Part shown: piece after piece, positions 62,443-64,000 of the stretch | Layout of the letters: the number at the start of each line of letters is the position of its first letter | How positions within the stretch are numbered: position 1 is the stretch's first letter | Source of the DNA: Euglena gracilis | Taxonomy: Eukaryota | Assembly: GCA_039621445.1 (NCBI GenBank) | Contig: CP154954.1 | Span: 42,029,572-42,093,571, forward strand | Direction of reading: 5' to 3' | DNA length: 64,000 nt | The notes under the pieces: generated by a model | What the model was told of the DNA's origin: nothing | The model's database searches: none | Seen by the model: only the letters and a program-made list of their open reading frames with translations | Position numbers and translations under genes: made by a program

Positions 62443-64000
62443 CTGCCATGGGTTTTGTCAGGAGTCCACTTGTATTTGAATTGTCCGTTCGGACCCCCCC
62501 CCCCATAATTGACACCCCCCCATAATTGACACTACCTGGGGGGTTTGGAGGGTGTCGGGGGTGTCAATTATGGGGGGGGGTAGCATCCCCTGCGTCCGAC
62601 CTTCGGGAAATTTCGGGGTTATTTCTCGGGATAGGGTTAGGGTCGCGTCCGGATTCCCGGGGGGCTCTCCTGTTCGGGATTTAGGGAGGATTTCTGCTGC
62701 ACGGCGGATTTTGGGTAAATTTGGGTCGATTTTGGGCATTTTGGGGGAAAACGGGCAATTCAAAGAGATTTTGTCATTTGGGGCCCTCAGACAGACCGGC
62801 TCAGTTCGGACCGGCCCAGGCCGGGCCGGGCTGCAGGGCTGAGGGCAGGCTGGGCTGGACTGCTGGGCCGCCAGCCAGGCTGGGGCCAGCTGCTGCCATC
62901 AGGCCCCGTATCCCCCGGCAGGTTCCAGCCAGTCAGCAGCTCAAATCCAACCAGCAGCCCAAACTCAGGCTGGGAGCTCCCGGGGGAGGGGGTCGAGTGA
63001 AGTAAAGCCAGGTCCAGCCCAGCCAGAGGCCGGGCCAGCCGGCCGCAGGCTGGCCAGCCAACTGGGATGCCCAGCTCACCTGTCCCTGCATTTTTTCTCC
63101 TCATCACAGCTTCCTCCATCATAGCCCCCCAGCCTTGATCTAGCTCCATCCATCAAATTGCCGAGAAGGCAAAAATGTTTAAAAAATTTTTGTATTTCAT
63201 CGACCCAGCCCAGCCCAGCCCCCTCCACCCCGAACCCCCCTCTCCCCCTGTACCCCCAGGGGCCAGCCAGCAGCCCATTTCCAGCCAGCAGCCTTTTTGC
63301 CAGCCGCAGGGGGTCCTAAGGAAAACCCGGGGGGGGGGAGTGCGTGCGTGGGCAGGCACCCGGATCCGACCCCCCCCCAGGGGGCAGGGCACATGGCTAA
63401 AAGTGCCTGGGCAAGCCCATTTTGGGCACGTTTTGGCCCATGACCAGGCAGGCATCGACCCCCAGGGGGGGGGGGTGCCTTCCCAAGCACTTCAGGGCAC
63501 TTTCAAGACTCCCCATCCCCCCGGGGTTGGCTATTTCAGCCTGGCCGCCACACTGCAACCCAGCTCTGGGCTACATTCAAGGGCTTCTGAGAGCGCTGTT
63601 GCTGGTTGGTTTTACCCCCCCCCCAAGGATAGATGGGAAGCCTTTCGGTTTTCAGGTTGGTGGTAGCGGAGGGTGCCAGCCAACCCCCGCCCCCCCCCCC
63701 AGACGTTGGGAGGGGGGTCCGGCCCTCCCACTTCCCCTCTTTGAAAGGTTCCAAAGGCAGCGAAATTTTTTCTTCCAGCGCTGCGCGCCGGAAAAAGAGC
63801 AAAACAACACCCTTCTACCACACTACACTTTACCACACTACCATCTACTACACTTTTGGACATATTGCCCATTTTTTGATGTTTTGGTGTTCTCCACATA
63901 AAAAACGTGGAAATTTTTCAAAAAATGAACATTTTTGGATTTCTTTTCAAAAAAGTTTGGGTATTTTCACCGAATTTTTCTGGCCGGGCGGCACGAGGGG

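Noticed and set aside
62129-62525. Poly-Lys and poly-Phe ORFs
   Set aside because: Translations of the poly-T tract and (AT)n.
1-64000. tRNA, rRNA or spliced-leader RNA genes; prokaryotic operons
   Set aside because: None recognised by eye; a covariance-model scan would be needed to exclude small RNAs.

Overview
Eukaryotic nuclear DNA, most likely from a euglenid. This is inferred from the intron architecture, TTAGGG-like repeats and a trans-splice-like acceptor. Most ORFs in the six-frame track are artefacts of repeats and G/C homopolymers. The window is dense with short non-autonomous hAT-type elements (MITEs) that have CAG/CAY...CTG/RTG terminal inverted repeats (TIRs) and 8-bp target-site duplications (TSDs). 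It holds one full-length Ac-like hAT transposon (58010-62182; TIR CAGGGATG, TSD CTTGCCAT). Its minus-strand transposase (BED finger, D-D-E, CxxH, RW) becomes continuous only after removing seven non-GT-AG, stem-closed introns, each cut 3 nt before and 5 nt after the paired termini; one frameshift remains near 61775. Because 3+5 equals the 8-bp TSD, a fresh hAT insertion is automatically a frame-preserving nonconventional intron. An apparent age series from intact MITE to bare-stem intron is visible. The same rule, mixed with GT-AG introns, reconstructs 13 exons of a minus-strand host membrane-protein gene (42416-34065). Also present are a 5-kb satellite with a ~1742-bp higher-order repeat, the 3' end of a CRE-like non-LTR retrotransposon, foldback elements with telomere-like repeats, and a ~1.4-kb duplication. 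All splicing is inferred from DNA only.
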